Assembly: GCA_031271665.1 (NCBI GenBank)
Contig: JAISVI010000007.1
Location: 1 to 45,513, forward strand
Reading direction: 5' to 3'
Length of the DNA: 45,513 nucleotides
From: Oscillospiraceae bacterium
Lineage (GTDB): Bacteria > Bacillota > Clostridia > Oscillospirales > UBA929
Made by a program: the position numbers and the translations under genes
The notes under the pieces: generated by a model
Seen by the model: only the letters and a program-made list of their open reading frames with translations
Databases searched by the model: none
Told to the model about the DNA's origin: nothing
Shown: positions 24,334 through 33,106 of the stretch, in pieces
Layout: each line of letters opens with the position of its first letter
Position numbering within the stretch: position 1 is the first letter of the stretch

Positions 24334-25371
24334 ATGGTTGGATTTCCGGGACTTGGGATTGAAAAACTTACGCTTGAAAGCTATATCTTCAAAATCGGCG
24401 GGTTCGGGCTTACGTGGTACGGGCTTATAATCGCCGTGGGGTTTCTCGCGGCGGTGCTTTACTGCATGAAACGCGCGACGATTTTTAAGGTTTCGCAGAA
24501 CGAAATTATAGACATGCTTATTTTTGCCGTGCCGTCCGCGATAGTCGGATTGCGGCTTTATGAGGTTGTTTTTAACTGGCAGTATTACAGCAAGGATTTT
24601 TGGGCCGTCTTCCGCATTTGGGAGGGCGGTATAGCCATATACGGCGGCATTATCGGCGCGTTTATCGCGGCGGCGATATTCTGCAAAGTCCGGCGCATAC
24701 ACGCCGGCGCGATGCTTGACCTTGGCGTTTTGGGTCTGCTTATCGGACAGGCGGTCGGACGGTGGGGCAATTTCGTGAATGTAGAGCTTTACGGCGGGGA
24801 AACCGCGCTGCCGTGGCGTATGCGGGTATACAGCGACGGTATGCAGACGTTTAATCCGCCCATAGACGTACACCCGCTTTTCCTTTACGAATCCCTTTGG
24901 AACGTGCTTGGGTTCGTACTTTTGCATCTTCTGGCGAAGAAGCGCAAATTCAACGGACAGCTTGTCCTTATGTACGTGGCGTGGTACGGGCTTGGGCGCG
25001 GCGTTCTGGAGGGAATGCGCCGGCCGGAGTTCTCTTTAAGCATCGGCGCGGATATAAGGGTAAGCCAGTATTTGGCCTTTATAAGCGCGGGGGTCGCGCT
25101 TCTTATACTGGGATACATGCTGTTTTTCAAAAAACACGCGCCGGATACGCTTACACAGTGGACGCTCGCGCGGGACAAGCGGCTTGACGCCAAGACCGGG
25201 GCAAAACCCGATACCGCCGTTACAGCCGAAGAAGCGCCGCCGGAAGAAACCGACGAAAGCGAAGTGTCCGAGGAGACCGAAACCCGTGACGAAACAGAAA
25301 CCCTTGAGGAAACCGAAACCCCAGATGAAACAGACGGAGAGGAGACGCAAAGCGATGGCGGTGATTCTTGA
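24334..25371 (+). CDS. lgt: prolipoprotein diacylglyceryl transferase with an acidic C-terminal tail
   Basis: 345 aa. WYGLIIAVGF, IWEGGIAIYGGIIGA and GQAVGRWGNFVNVELYG are Lgt signatures. The last roughly 60 aa are Glu/Thr/Asp-rich. Confidence 0.95.
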   Translation: MVGFPGLGIEKLTLESYIFKIGGFGLTWYGLIIAVGFLAAVLYCMKRATIFKVSQNEIIDMLIFAVPSAIVGLRLYEVVFNWQYYSKDFWAVFRIWEGGIAIYGGIIGAFIAAAIFCKVRRIHAGAMLDLGVLGLLIGQAVGRWGNFVNVELYGGETALPWRMRVYSDGMQTFNPPIDVHPLFLYESLWNVLGFVLLHLLAKKRKFNGQLVLMYVAWYGLGRGVLEGMRRPEFSLSIGADIRVSQYLAFISAGVALLILGYMLFFKKHAPDTLTQWTLARDKRLDAKTGAKPDTAVTAEEAPPEETDESEVSEETETRDETETLEETETPDETDGEETQSDGGDS

Positions 25372-26215
25372 CGGCAAGGCGCTTGCCGCCGAAATCAAGG
25401 CAAACCTTTCCGGCCGGGCGCAAACCCTTCGCGAGAAGGGCGTTACGCCGTGTCTGGCCGTTGTGCTTGTGGGAAACGACAGCGCCTCGGTGATATATGT
25501 GCGCAACAAGAAGAAGGACTGCGAGGAAAGCGGCATAAAAAGCCTTGCGTTCGAGCTTCCCGAAGAGACAAGCCAAAGCGGGCTGATTTCCCTTATAAAT
25601 GACCTTAACGCCCGCGCCGACGTTCACGGGATACTGGTGCAGATGCCGCTGCCGGGGCATATTAACGAGAAGGAAATCCTTCTGGCGGTTGACCCGCGCA
25701 AGGACGTGGACGCGTTCCACCCCGAAAACGTCGGGCTTATCACCCAGGGGCAGCCGCGCTTCGCGCCGTGTACCCCGGCGGGCGTTATGGCGCTTCTTGA
25801 CAAATACGCGATTGACCCCAAGGGCAAAGAGTGCGTGGTCGTGGGCCGTTCGGACATCGTGGGAAAGCCGATGGCGCTTCTTCTGCTGCACAGGCACGCC
25901 ACCGTTACAATCGCGCACAGCCGCACCCCCGACCTTGCGGCGGTGTGCCGCCGCGCGGACATTCTTGTGTCCGCCGTGGGCAGGCTTGGGCTTATCACCG
26001 GGGATATGGTGAAGCCGGGCGCAGTTGTGGTTGACGTGGCGATGAACAGGAAACCCGACGGGAAGCTTGCGGGCGACGTGGTGTTTGCCGAGGCCGAGCC
26101 GAAGGCATCGTATATCACCCCCGTACCTGGCGGCGTCGGGCCGATGACACGGGCAATCCTTATGCAAAACACGATAACCGCCGCAGAGTGGGCACAAACA
26201 CAAATGAAAGGTTAA
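25355..26215 (+). CDS. folD: bifunctional methylene-THF dehydrogenase / methenyl-THF cyclohydrolase
   Basis: MAVILDGKALAAEIK..., VGNDSASVIYVRNKKK, GILVQMPLP, VVVGRSDIVGKPMALLL and PVPGGVGPMT. The ATG at 25355 is preceded by GGAGAGGAG. The longer ORF starting at 25184 was rejected. Confidence 0.95.
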   Translation: MAVILDGKALAAEIKANLSGRAQTLREKGVTPCLAVVLVGNDSASVIYVRNKKKDCEESGIKSLAFELPEETSQSGLISLINDLNARADVHGILVQMPLPGHINEKEILLAVDPRKDVDAFHPENVGLITQGQPRFAPCTPAGVMALLDKYAIDPKGKECVVVGRSDIVGKPMALLLLHRHATVTIAHSRTPDLAAVCRRADILVSAVGRLGLITGDMVKPGAVVVDVAMNRKPDGKLAGDVVFAEAEPKASYITPVPGGVGPMTRAILMQNTITAAEWAQTQMKG

Positions 26216-26219
26216 GTTT

Positions 26220-27824
26220 ATGAAGGACATAGAAATTGCGCAAAGCGCGCGTCTCGCGCCGATAGAGGAAATCGCCCGCGCCGTCGGTCTTGCGGAAGAC
26301 GAGTGGGAGTCGTACGGCAGATATAAGGCGAAGGTGAGTAAAAAGCCCGGCGCGCCAAGGGGCGCGTTGGTTCTTGTGACCGCCGTCTCGCCGACACCGA
26401 TGGGCGAGGGGAAGACCACGGTAAGCGTCGGCCTTGCCGACGGACTGCGCCGTCTTGGGAAAAACACGATGCTTTGCCTGCGCGAACCGTCCCTTGGTCC
26501 GGTGTTCGGCATAAAGGGCGGCGCGGCGGGCGGCGGATATGCCCAAGTTGTCCCGATGGAGGATCTTAACCTTCACTTCACGGGCGACATACACGCGGTT
26601 ACCGCCGCGAACAACCTGCTCGCGGCGGCGGTTGACAACCATCTTCAGCAGGGCAACACCCTTGGCATTGACCCGCGCCGGATTACATGGAAACGCTGTA
26701 TGGATATGAACGACCGCGCCCTGCGCGGCCTTGCCATCGGCCTTGGCGGCGCGGCAAACGGCGTTCCGCGTGAGGACGGCTTTGACATTACCGCCGCAAG
26801 CGAGATAATGGCCGTGCTTTGTTTAAGCGAGGATTTGTCCGATTTGCGCGCGCGCCTTGCCCGCCTTGTCGTCGGAAGCCGCGCGGACGGAAAGCGCGTC
26901 ACCTGCGGCGACCTTGGGGTTCATGGCGCGATGGCCGCGCTTCTGCGCGACGCGATGAAACCAAACCTTGTCCAGACGCTTGAACATACCCCGACGTTTA
27001 TCCACGGCGGGCCGTTCGCCAATATCGCCCACGGGTGCAGCAGCCTTGCCGCCACGCGCCTTGCGCTTTCGCTTTCGGACATTGTCGTTACCGAGGCGGG
27101 CTTCGGCGCGGATTTGGGCGCGGAGAAATTTATCGACATCAAATGCCGCGCGGGCGGGCTTAAACCCTCGGCCTGCGTTATCGTGGCAACGGCGCGTTCT
27201 GTCGCCTATAACGGCGGCACGGACAATTTGCGGGCGCATATCGAGAACATGACGCGCAAATTCGGGTTGCCCGCGGTTGTGGCCATAAACCGGTTCGCGG
27301 CGGACACGCCCGAACAGCTTAATGAAATCGCCCGCGTCTGCGAGGAGGCGGGCGCGCGCCACGCCCTTTGCGAGGTTTGGGCAAAAGGCGGCGAGGGGGG
27401 CGAGGCGCTTGCCGCCGAAGTGCTTAACGCCGTCGGAAACGGGGACAATAAGCTTAGATTCCTTTACCCGGACGATATGCCGCTTAAAACGAAAATCGAA
27501 ACGCTCGCGCGTGAAATCTACGGCGCGGACGGCACGGAGTTTGCGCCCGCCGCCGCGAAAGAGCTTGACGCGCTTACCGCGGACGGGTACGGCAATCTTC
27601 CCGTCTGCGTCGCGAAAACGCAGTATTCGCTGTCCGACGACCCCAAAAAATTGGGAAGACCCGCCGGTTTCACCCTGCGAGTCTCCCGCGTGAAGCTGTC
27701 GGCCGGCGCCGGATTCGTTGTGGTTTATACCGGCGAGATAATGACGATGCCCGGCCTTCCCCGCGTCCCCGCGTACGAGTCGGTGGACGTAGACGCAAAC
27801 GGCCTTATCTCGGGACTGTTTTGA
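26220..27824 (+). CDS. fhs: formate--tetrahydrofolate ligase
   Basis: 534 aa. DIEIAQSA...VTAVSPTPMGEGKTTVSVGLADGL and FANIAHGCSS are canonical. Confidence 0.95.
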   Translation: MKDIEIAQSARLAPIEEIARAVGLAEDEWESYGRYKAKVSKKPGAPRGALVLVTAVSPTPMGEGKTTVSVGLADGLRRLGKNTMLCLREPSLGPVFGIKGGAAGGGYAQVVPMEDLNLHFTGDIHAVTAANNLLAAAVDNHLQQGNTLGIDPRRITWKRCMDMNDRALRGLAIGLGGAANGVPREDGFDITAASEIMAVLCLSEDLSDLRARLARLVVGSRADGKRVTCGDLGVHGAMAALLRDAMKPNLVQTLEHTPTFIHGGPFANIAHGCSSLAATRLALSLSDIVVTEAGFGADLGAEKFIDIKCRAGGLKPSACVIVATARSVAYNGGTDNLRAHIENMTRKFGLPAVVAINRFAADTPEQLNEIARVCEEAGARHALCEVWAKGGEGGEALAAEVLNAVGNGDNKLRFLYPDDMPLKTKIETLAREIYGADGTEFAPAAAKELDALTADGYGNLPVCVAKTQYSLSDDPKKLGRPAGFTLRVSRVKLSAGAGFVVVYTGEIMTMPGLPRVPAYESVDVDANGLISGLF

Positions 27825-27825
27825 A

Positions 27826-27916
27826 TAATTGACAATGTACAATTGACAATTGACAATTATTTGACGACAAAAACCGGACTATAATTGACAATTGTTCATT
27901 GTCAATTGTCAATTGC
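27826..27916. repeat. array of palindromic CAATTG hexamers / TTGACAAT units in inverted blocks between the convergent fhs and spoIIID genes
   Basis: CAATTG occurs at 27840, 27847, 27889, 27903 and 27910, with 7-bp phasing inside each block. The left block (27827-27858) and the right block (27883-27915) are mutually complementary and could form a long hairpin. The right block encodes the last residues (AIDN) of SpoIIID. Confidence 0.6.
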
Positions 27917-28165
27917 CTCGTCTCCCTTGTATTTGCGCCGCGTGGCCATGCCGCCGCGCAGGTGGCGTTCCGCTTTGTTCTCTTCAAGCACCTCCTTGAC
28001 GGCAAGGTAAAGCGAGTGGTTATAAGTCTTTAAGCGCTCGCTAAGATCCTTATGTACGGTGGATTTTGAAATACCGAACTTCGCCGCAGCGGCGCGTACC
28101 GTCGCCTTGGTTTCTATGATGTAGACAGCTACCTCGCAGGCGCGTTCCTCAATGTTTCCCTTCAA
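27902..28165 (-). CDS. spoIIID: stage III sporulation protein D (mother-cell transcription factor)
   Basis: 87 aa with a TTG start after GGGAGGGGG. IEERACEVAVYIIETKATVRAAAAKFGISKSTVHKDLSERL is the SpoIIID HTH signature. Confidence 0.9.
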   Translation of the reverse strand: MKGNIEERACEVAVYIIETKATVRAAAAKFGISKSTVHKDLSERLKTYNHSLYLAVKEVLEENKAERHLRGGMATRRKYKGDEAIDN

Positions 28166-28263
28166 AGGTCAGCCCCCTCCCACTCAATTCTCTACATTTA
28201 TATGCGGCGGGGCGGGGATTAGAACGATACGCGCGATTCACTGAAAGGGGGGTGGACTCGGCC

Positions 28264-29403
28264 ATGAAGAAAGTAAAAATTCTGTTAATCGCGGCAATGA
28301 TGCTGTGTTTATTAACGCTGCCTTCGTGCGGGCTTCTGTGGGAGCAGATATTCGGTGAAGCGGAGGAGACGGGCGAACCGACCGCCTCGCCTCCGCCCAA
28401 TTATTTCGAACCCACGGACAACAGATACGCCGCCGCGCGCGAGGGTTATGTCCTTGCCGCGAACGTACAGCTTCTGTCACGCAATTATATCGCGTCCATG
28501 CTTCCCGCGCAGACGCCGCCGCCTTCACAAGACGCGCCGCCGGAGGGAGAAACCGCCGCCTCCGAACAGCCGGCGCAGCCGACGGAAACCATACCGGAGT
28601 TCGAGGAGATCGAGGTTCTTGAAAAGGACGAACTGGTAACGCTGCTTGGCACGGATATTGACGATCTCTACTATGTGGCGCTTACCCAGCGCGGAACATC
28701 GGGCTATATCCGGGCGGATTCTGTCGCGGAGTACGACCCGGAAACCATGTACACCGTGGCGCATATACCCGACGAGGGAGTTAACCAGGCGACCCTTGTC
28801 CTTCTTGAAACCGTCGTGCCGGGCATAAAGACTGATCAGCGCCTTGCGCAGGAGGGCAACTATCTGCGAAGGCTTACCGATCCGGAGGCGGAGAAGCACC
28901 CGCCCTATCTCGCAAAAGACTGGGTTCTTGTCGATAAAAAGGCCGCGCTTAAACTTGCAAAGGCGCGTTCGGCGCTTGCGGCAGAGGGATACGACCTTGC
29001 GGTCGTGGGCGGCTATTATCCGCAAAGTATTCAGTATACGCTTTATAACGCAATCGGCGACCCGGATATTGTGCCGAACCCGAAAGACGTTTCTAGAAGC
29101 GCCCAAGGCGCGGCGGTAGACGTGGTTCTGCTTGACGCGCGCGGGGAACAGCTTGATTTCCCGACGCCGGTTCACACCTTTACAAAAGCCGCCGCGCGTC
29201 CCTTTGCACAGGCGGGACAGTCGCAGCGGCAAAACGCGCAGATTCTTCTCCGCGCCATGCAGGACGCGGGGTTTACGGCGGCGGAAGAAAACTGGTGGCA
29301 GTTCTACGACGCGGAAAGCGGCTTTATCATATCGAATATACGCTATGAAAGCATGACGCTTAAAGCCGCGCCGATAGACTGGACTGCCGCGCCGGAGGAA
29401 TAG
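28264..29403 (+). CDS. lipoprotein with SH3-like region and a VanX/DdpX-like (peptidase M15D) domain carrying substituted catalytic residues
   Basis: It has a signal peptide and lipobox (MKKVKILLIAAMMLCLLTLPSCG). The C-terminal domain aligns by eye to VanX: GYDLAVVGGYYP, SRSAQGAAVD and ENWWQF against VanX GYGLLLWDGYRP, SSHSRGSAID and LEWWHY. Confidence 0.8.
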   Translation: MKKVKILLIAAMMLCLLTLPSCGLLWEQIFGEAEETGEPTASPPPNYFEPTDNRYAAAREGYVLAANVQLLSRNYIASMLPAQTPPPSQDAPPEGETAASEQPAQPTETIPEFEEIEVLEKDELVTLLGTDIDDLYYVALTQRGTSGYIRADSVAEYDPETMYTVAHIPDEGVNQATLVLLETVVPGIKTDQRLAQEGNYLRRLTDPEAEKHPPYLAKDWVLVDKKAALKLAKARSALAAEGYDLAVVGGYYPQSIQYTLYNAIGDPDIVPNPKDVSRSAQGAAVDVVLLDARGEQLDFPTPVHTFTKAAARPFAQAGQSQRQNAQILLRAMQDAGFTAAEENWWQFYDAESGFIISNIRYESMTLKAAPIDWTAAPEE

Positions 29404-30002
29404 GATTCCAAAAGCTTTAAAAACTCGTCAACAAGCGGTTTGTATACAGTCACTAAAAGCGGGTATCTGTCCAAAAACAAAAGCCCGGCGAACAGGCAGA
29501 CAAACGCCGCCACCGCCGCCGGACGCGGTGCAGTATAAGACACTTTTGTACGGTACTTCGAGTCCCAGAAGGTACCCCCGCGCAGCTTTATCCCGCGATA
29601 GCACAGAAAAAGCGCGAGTACGGTAAATTCATTGAGAATCATCATCGCCGTTCCGACAACGAAACTTGTAACGGTGCGCTTATAAGCGGCGGTGAAGGCG
29701 ACCTTGCCGCCGTCCGCGCGGCTTACCGAACAGCCGAGAAGCGCCTTCCCCGCCGTAGTACCCCAAGTGCGCGTTGTAAACGCCATAAGGGGCAGAGAGG
29801 TGACAATCATCATCAGCGACCCGCCAAGACTGAAAAACCCGAAGACGAAATTCGTATAAAGATCCGGGGAATAAAGAAACAATACGAACTTTATCGGCGC
29901 GGTAAGAAGCAGAGTGTCAAATAAAAAGGCAAAAAGCCGCAGCCAAGGGCGCGGGCGGTCTTTGCCCGCCGCTTCCTGCCCGTACGGTTCCGGGTTCGTC
30001 AT
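29343..30002 (-). CDS. RDD-family integral membrane protein
   Basis: RPWLRLFAFLFDTLLLTAPIKF followed by several TM segments fits the RDD domain. The start was chosen at the ATG that overlaps the nadA stop (ATGA). The 3' end overlaps the convergent M15-like gene by 61 nt. Confidence 0.65.
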   Translation of the reverse strand: MTNPEPYGQEAAGKDRPRPWLRLFAFLFDTLLLTAPIKFVLFLYSPDLYTNFVFGFFSLGGSLMMIVTSLPLMAFTTRTWGTTAGKALLGCSVSRADGGKVAFTAAYKRTVTSFVVGTAMMILNEFTVLALFLCYRGIKLRGGTFWDSKYRTKVSYTAPRPAAVAAFVCLFAGLLFLDRYPLLVTVYKPLVDEFLKLLESYSSGAAVQSIGAALSVMLS

Positions 30003-30928
30003 GCCCGCGCTTCCCGTCTGCCAAGCCGGATCATCTCGTCGATACATTTGCGCGCGGTCTTCATAGTGTCGGGCGGCAAGACGATTTCGTCCCCCGCGCC
30101 GTTTACGGCGTAGCAGACGTCGTTAAGCGTTGTAAGGCGCATGTTGGGGCAAATCAGCTTTTTCCCAAGCACATGGAAACGCTTGTCCGGGCAGGCGTAT
30201 TGCAGATGCGACGCGATACTTGATTCCGTACCTATTATAAACTCTCTTGCGTCTGAATTTTTTGCATATTCCATTATCGCCGAGGTCGAGCCGACAAAAT
30301 CCGCCGCCCTGACGACGTCGGGGACGCATTCGGGGTGTACCAAAAGCAGCGCGCCGGGGTGGGTCCGCCTCGCGTCTGACACGTCCGCCGCCCCTACGGC
30401 GGCGTGTATGGGACACCCGCCGTCAAGGAACGCAAAGTTTTTTTCCGGAATCTGACGCGCAACATAGTCGCCAAGGTTTTTGTCGGGGATAAACAGGATA
30501 TTCGGATTATCAAGCTTTCTTACTATCTCAACCGCCGTGGACGATGTTACGCAAACGTCGCAATGCGCCTTAAGCGCGGCGGTGGTGTTGATATAGGCGA
30601 CCACGGCATAGTCCGGGTAAAGCCGCTTTGCCTCGATAAGCGCCTCGGGCGTAAGCTGGTCTGCCATCGGACAGCCCGCCTTCGGATTGGCGAGGTAAAC
30701 GGCCTTTTCCGGGGACAGCAGCTTCACCGTTTCCGCCATGAAGCGTACTCCGGCCATAACCACGGTATTTTGCGCGGTTTTGGCGGCCATTTCGCTAAGG
30801 GCGAAGGAATCCCCGGTGAAGTCGGCAATCTCAAGGATTTCCTTTGACTGATAGCTGTGCGCCAGTACGCACACATCTCTCTCCCGTTTAAGGCGGAGTA
30901 TTTTTTCCTGCGTTTCGCAGATTGTCAT
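29999..30928 (-). CDS. nadA: quinolinate synthase
   Basis: 309 aa. ILRLKRERDVCVLAHSYQ, ADFTGDSFALS, VMAGVRFMAET, CPMADQ and LLVHPEC are NadA signatures. Confidence 0.95.
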   Translation of the reverse strand: MTICETQEKILRLKRERDVCVLAHSYQSKEILEIADFTGDSFALSEMAAKTAQNTVVMAGVRFMAETVKLLSPEKAVYLANPKAGCPMADQLTPEALIEAKRLYPDYAVVAYINTTAALKAHCDVCVTSSTAVEIVRKLDNPNILFIPDKNLGDYVARQIPEKNFAFLDGGCPIHAAVGAADVSDARRTHPGALLLVHPECVPDVVRAADFVGSTSAIMEYAKNSDAREFIIGTESSIASHLQYACPDKRFHVLGKKLICPNMRLTTLNDVCYAVNGAGDEIVLPPDTMKTARKCIDEMIRLGRREARA

Positions 30929-31012
30929 AGGTCACCTCCGGTAAAGGTAATATGCTGAGTATATCACAACCCCCGGGTATGTCAAGAAAAGGTATTAGGA
31001 AGGACGCGGCAG

Positions 31013-31753
31013 ATGGGCGACGTTAAAATTGACGTTCTGGGCGTGCGTTTCGACGCCTTTACAATGGAAAGCGCGCTTGACAGGGCGAAAGCGTGGCTCT
31101 GCGACCCGAAGCCGCGCTTTGCCGTGACCCCGAACGCGGAAATCACCTTTGCCGCGCAGAAAGACGCGTCGCTTCGCGATACGCTTAACGCCGCGGACAT
31201 GGTTTTGGCGGACGGCGTCGGCGTCGTCAAGGCGGCAAAGCGTCTTGGGCGACCGCTTCCCGGGCGCTTGCCGGGCGTTGAGTTCGCCCAGGCGCTGCTT
31301 GCGGTTATGGAAGAGAAGGGCAAGTCCCTTTATCTGCTTGGCGGGAAGCCGGGCGTGGCGCGGGCGGCGGCGGACAGGGTCAAGGGAACTCACCCCGCCC
31401 TTCGGGTAAGCGGCGTACGCGACGGCTATTACGAAGATGAAAGCGCGGTGACGCGCCATATCCGCGAATGCGCGCCGGACGTTATCTTCGTATGTCTGGG
31501 CGCGCCGAAACAGGAAATGTGGATGGGGCGAAATCTTGAAAACGTCGGCCCGGCGCTTATGCTTGGGCTTGGCGGAACGGTGGATATTCTGGCCGGGAAG
31601 ACAAAACGCGCCCCGGCGATTTTCCGAAGGCTTGGGCTTGAATGGCTGTACCGCGTGGCCTTCCACCCCTCGCGCTGGGCGCGGGCGATGAAACTGCCGC
31701 GCTTTATGCTTGCCGTGCGCAGGCAAAGGCGGAGGGCGAAAAATGGCGTTTGA
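31013..31753 (+). CDS. WecB/TagA/CpsF-family glycosyltransferase
   Basis: 246 aa. IDVLGVRFDAFTMESALD, VTPNAEI, ADMVLADGVGVV, FVCLGAPKQEMWM and EWLYR. Confidence 0.9.
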   Translation: MGDVKIDVLGVRFDAFTMESALDRAKAWLCDPKPRFAVTPNAEITFAAQKDASLRDTLNAADMVLADGVGVVKAAKRLGRPLPGRLPGVEFAQALLAVMEEKGKSLYLLGGKPGVARAAADRVKGTHPALRVSGVRDGYYEDESAVTRHIRECAPDVIFVCLGAPKQEMWMGRNLENVGPALMLGLGGTVDILAGKTKRAPAIFRRLGLEWLYRVAFHPSRWARAMKLPRFMLAVRRQRRRAKNGV

Positions 31754-32462
31754 TGTGCGCCGCGCGTCTAGGAACGACGATTTGCGCGAATTATGGCGCG
31801 TTTGCTTTAATGAGGACTGGGGCGCGTTTGAACGTGAGTACGACCCAGACCGCGCGTTTGTCGCGGCGGAAGACGGCAAAAACCCCGTTTCGACGCTTCA
31901 CTTTATCCCGCAGACGATTAACTTGCCGCATCAAGAGATAAGCGCCGCGTATATCCTTGGCGTGGCCACATTGCCGGAATACAGGGGGCGTGGGCTTGCC
32001 GGGGCGCTTGTGGAGAAGGCGCTTGACGGGCTTTGCCTGCGGGGCGTCGCCCTTGCCTTCCTGATTCCGGCAAGCGCCGGCCTTGCGCGGTTCTACGCGC
32101 GCTTCGGATTCGCGCAGACCGGGCTTATGCCCGCGCAAGCAAGCCCGCCGGAAGGCGGCGGGCGCGTGCTTGACGGGGTGACGCCGGAGGACGCAAAGGC
32201 TTTGGACGCGCTGTACGGGCGGATGTGCGCCGATACCGCGCACCCAAGGCGCGACGCGGCGCGCTGGGACATAATCGCGCGAAGCTATACCCTTAAACTT
32301 TACGAAGACCGCTATCAGGCGCTTGACGCGCGGCGCGTTCTCGAGGATTCGGCGGGCGGGCTTGTCCGCTCGGACACGGGGGCGTGTGTAAAATTTTTGG
32401 GGGCGGCAGAGAAAATGTTCGCGCCGGGACTTCCAATGTATGCGAATTTACTGTATAATTAG
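31743..32462 (+). CDS. GNAT-family N-acetyltransferase
   Basis: GVATLPEYRGRGLAGALVEKAL is GNAT motif A. The ATG at 31743 overlaps the end of the upstream gene. The longer ORF starting at 31710 is less likely. Confidence 0.8.
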   Translation: MAFDVRRASRNDDLRELWRVCFNEDWGAFEREYDPDRAFVAAEDGKNPVSTLHFIPQTINLPHQEISAAYILGVATLPEYRGRGLAGALVEKALDGLCLRGVALAFLIPASAGLARFYARFGFAQTGLMPAQASPPEGGGRVLDGVTPEDAKALDALYGRMCADTAHPRRDAARWDIIARSYTLKLYEDRYQALDARRVLEDSAGGLVRSDTGACVKFLGAAEKMFAPGLPMYANLLYN

Positions 32463-32485
32463 CGGCGGGCATATAGGAGGGCTTT

Positions 32486-33040
32486 ATGGTATACATTCTG
32501 CTTGCGGACGGTTTTGAAACAATCGAGGCGCTTGCGCCCGCGGACATTCTCCGGCGGGCGGAGATCCCTGCCGCGCTTGCCGCGGTAAGCGGCGAAGCCG
32601 CCGTATCCTCGCACGGTATCGCGGTAAAGGCGGATATGTCGCTTGACGGGGTGCGCCCTGCCGACCTTGCCGAGGGGGATATGATTATGTTGCCCGGCGG
32701 CGGCGAGGGCGTGAAAAACCTTGCGGGAACTCCCGCCGTGGCGGAACTTATACGTGCGGCGAACGGATGTGGGGCGTTTTTGGCCGCGATATGCGCCGCG
32801 CCGTCGATACTCGCGGATATGGGGCTTTTGAAGGGGCGCAGCGCGGTAAGCCACCCTTCGGTAAAGGACGCGCTTATAAAAGGCGGCGCGGTGTATGTCG
32901 AGGACGCGCGCGTCGTGACCGACGGCAGGATTATTACCGCGAAAGCCGCCGGAAACAGCATAGATTTCGGTCTTACTCTTGCCGAGGTGTTAAAAACCGC
33001 GCAAACAGCCCAGAATATAAAAAGCGACATCTTTTATTGA
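32486..33040 (+). CDS. DJ-1/PfpI family protein
   Basis: 184 aa. LLADGFETIEALAPADILRRA, AICAAPSILADMGLL (nucleophile-elbow Cys) and RVVTDGRIITAKAAG. Confidence 0.9.
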   Translation: MVYILLADGFETIEALAPADILRRAEIPAALAAVSGEAAVSSHGIAVKADMSLDGVRPADLAEGDMIMLPGGGEGVKNLAGTPAVAELIRAANGCGAFLAAICAAPSILADMGLLKGRSAVSHPSVKDALIKGGAVYVEDARVVTDGRIITAKAAGNSIDFGLTLAEVLKTAQTAQNIKSDIFY

Positions 33041-33045
33041 AATGG

Positions 33046-33073
33046 CTTAAGACCGTCACTTGACGGCCTTAAG
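33046..33073. terminator. 13-bp stem hairpin between a convergent gene and a small ORF (possible bidirectional terminator)
   Basis: CTTAAGACCGTCA-CT-TGACGGCCTTAAG (12/13 paired) starts 6 nt after the DJ-1 stop. A weak T-run (CCATTTC) is present only on the minus-strand side. Confidence 0.4.
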
Positions 33074-33106
33074 CGGGAATCCGCGGATTGGGCTTTCAAT
33101 TGGCGA

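Noticed and set aside
25184-25354. In-frame 57-codon basic N-terminal extension of FolD (KKRRRKKPTKAK...)
   Set aside because: It is the alternative-frame reading of the acidic tail of Lgt. A good RBS (GGAGAGGAG) precedes the ATG at 25355, and FolD family proteins begin at this conserved MAVILDGK-type N-terminus.
24334-25371. Acidic Glu/Thr-rich C-terminal tail of Lgt as a separate feature or gene fusion
   Set aside because: It is continuous with the Lgt frame and is a low-complexity GAAACC-type codon repeat. It is most simply a disordered tail and is noted only in the feature evidence.
25220-26512. 430-aa minus-strand ORF, plus 26823-27842 (339 aa) and 43249-44460 (403 aa)
   Set aside because: They are antisense to folD/fhs, fhs and glgB respectively. 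They have no recognisable motifs and a low-complexity Arg-rich composition.
27826-27916. CRISPR array
   Set aside because: The repeats are 6-7 bp units with no spacers, and no cas genes are present. No CRISPR-like array occurs anywhere in the window.
28166-28263. Sigma-E-type promoter for spoIIID (CATATAAAT about 30 nt upstream of the RBS)
   Set aside because: It only partially resembles the remembered -10 consensus CATACA-T, and no convincing -35 element lies at the right spacing. The match is too weak to list as a feature.
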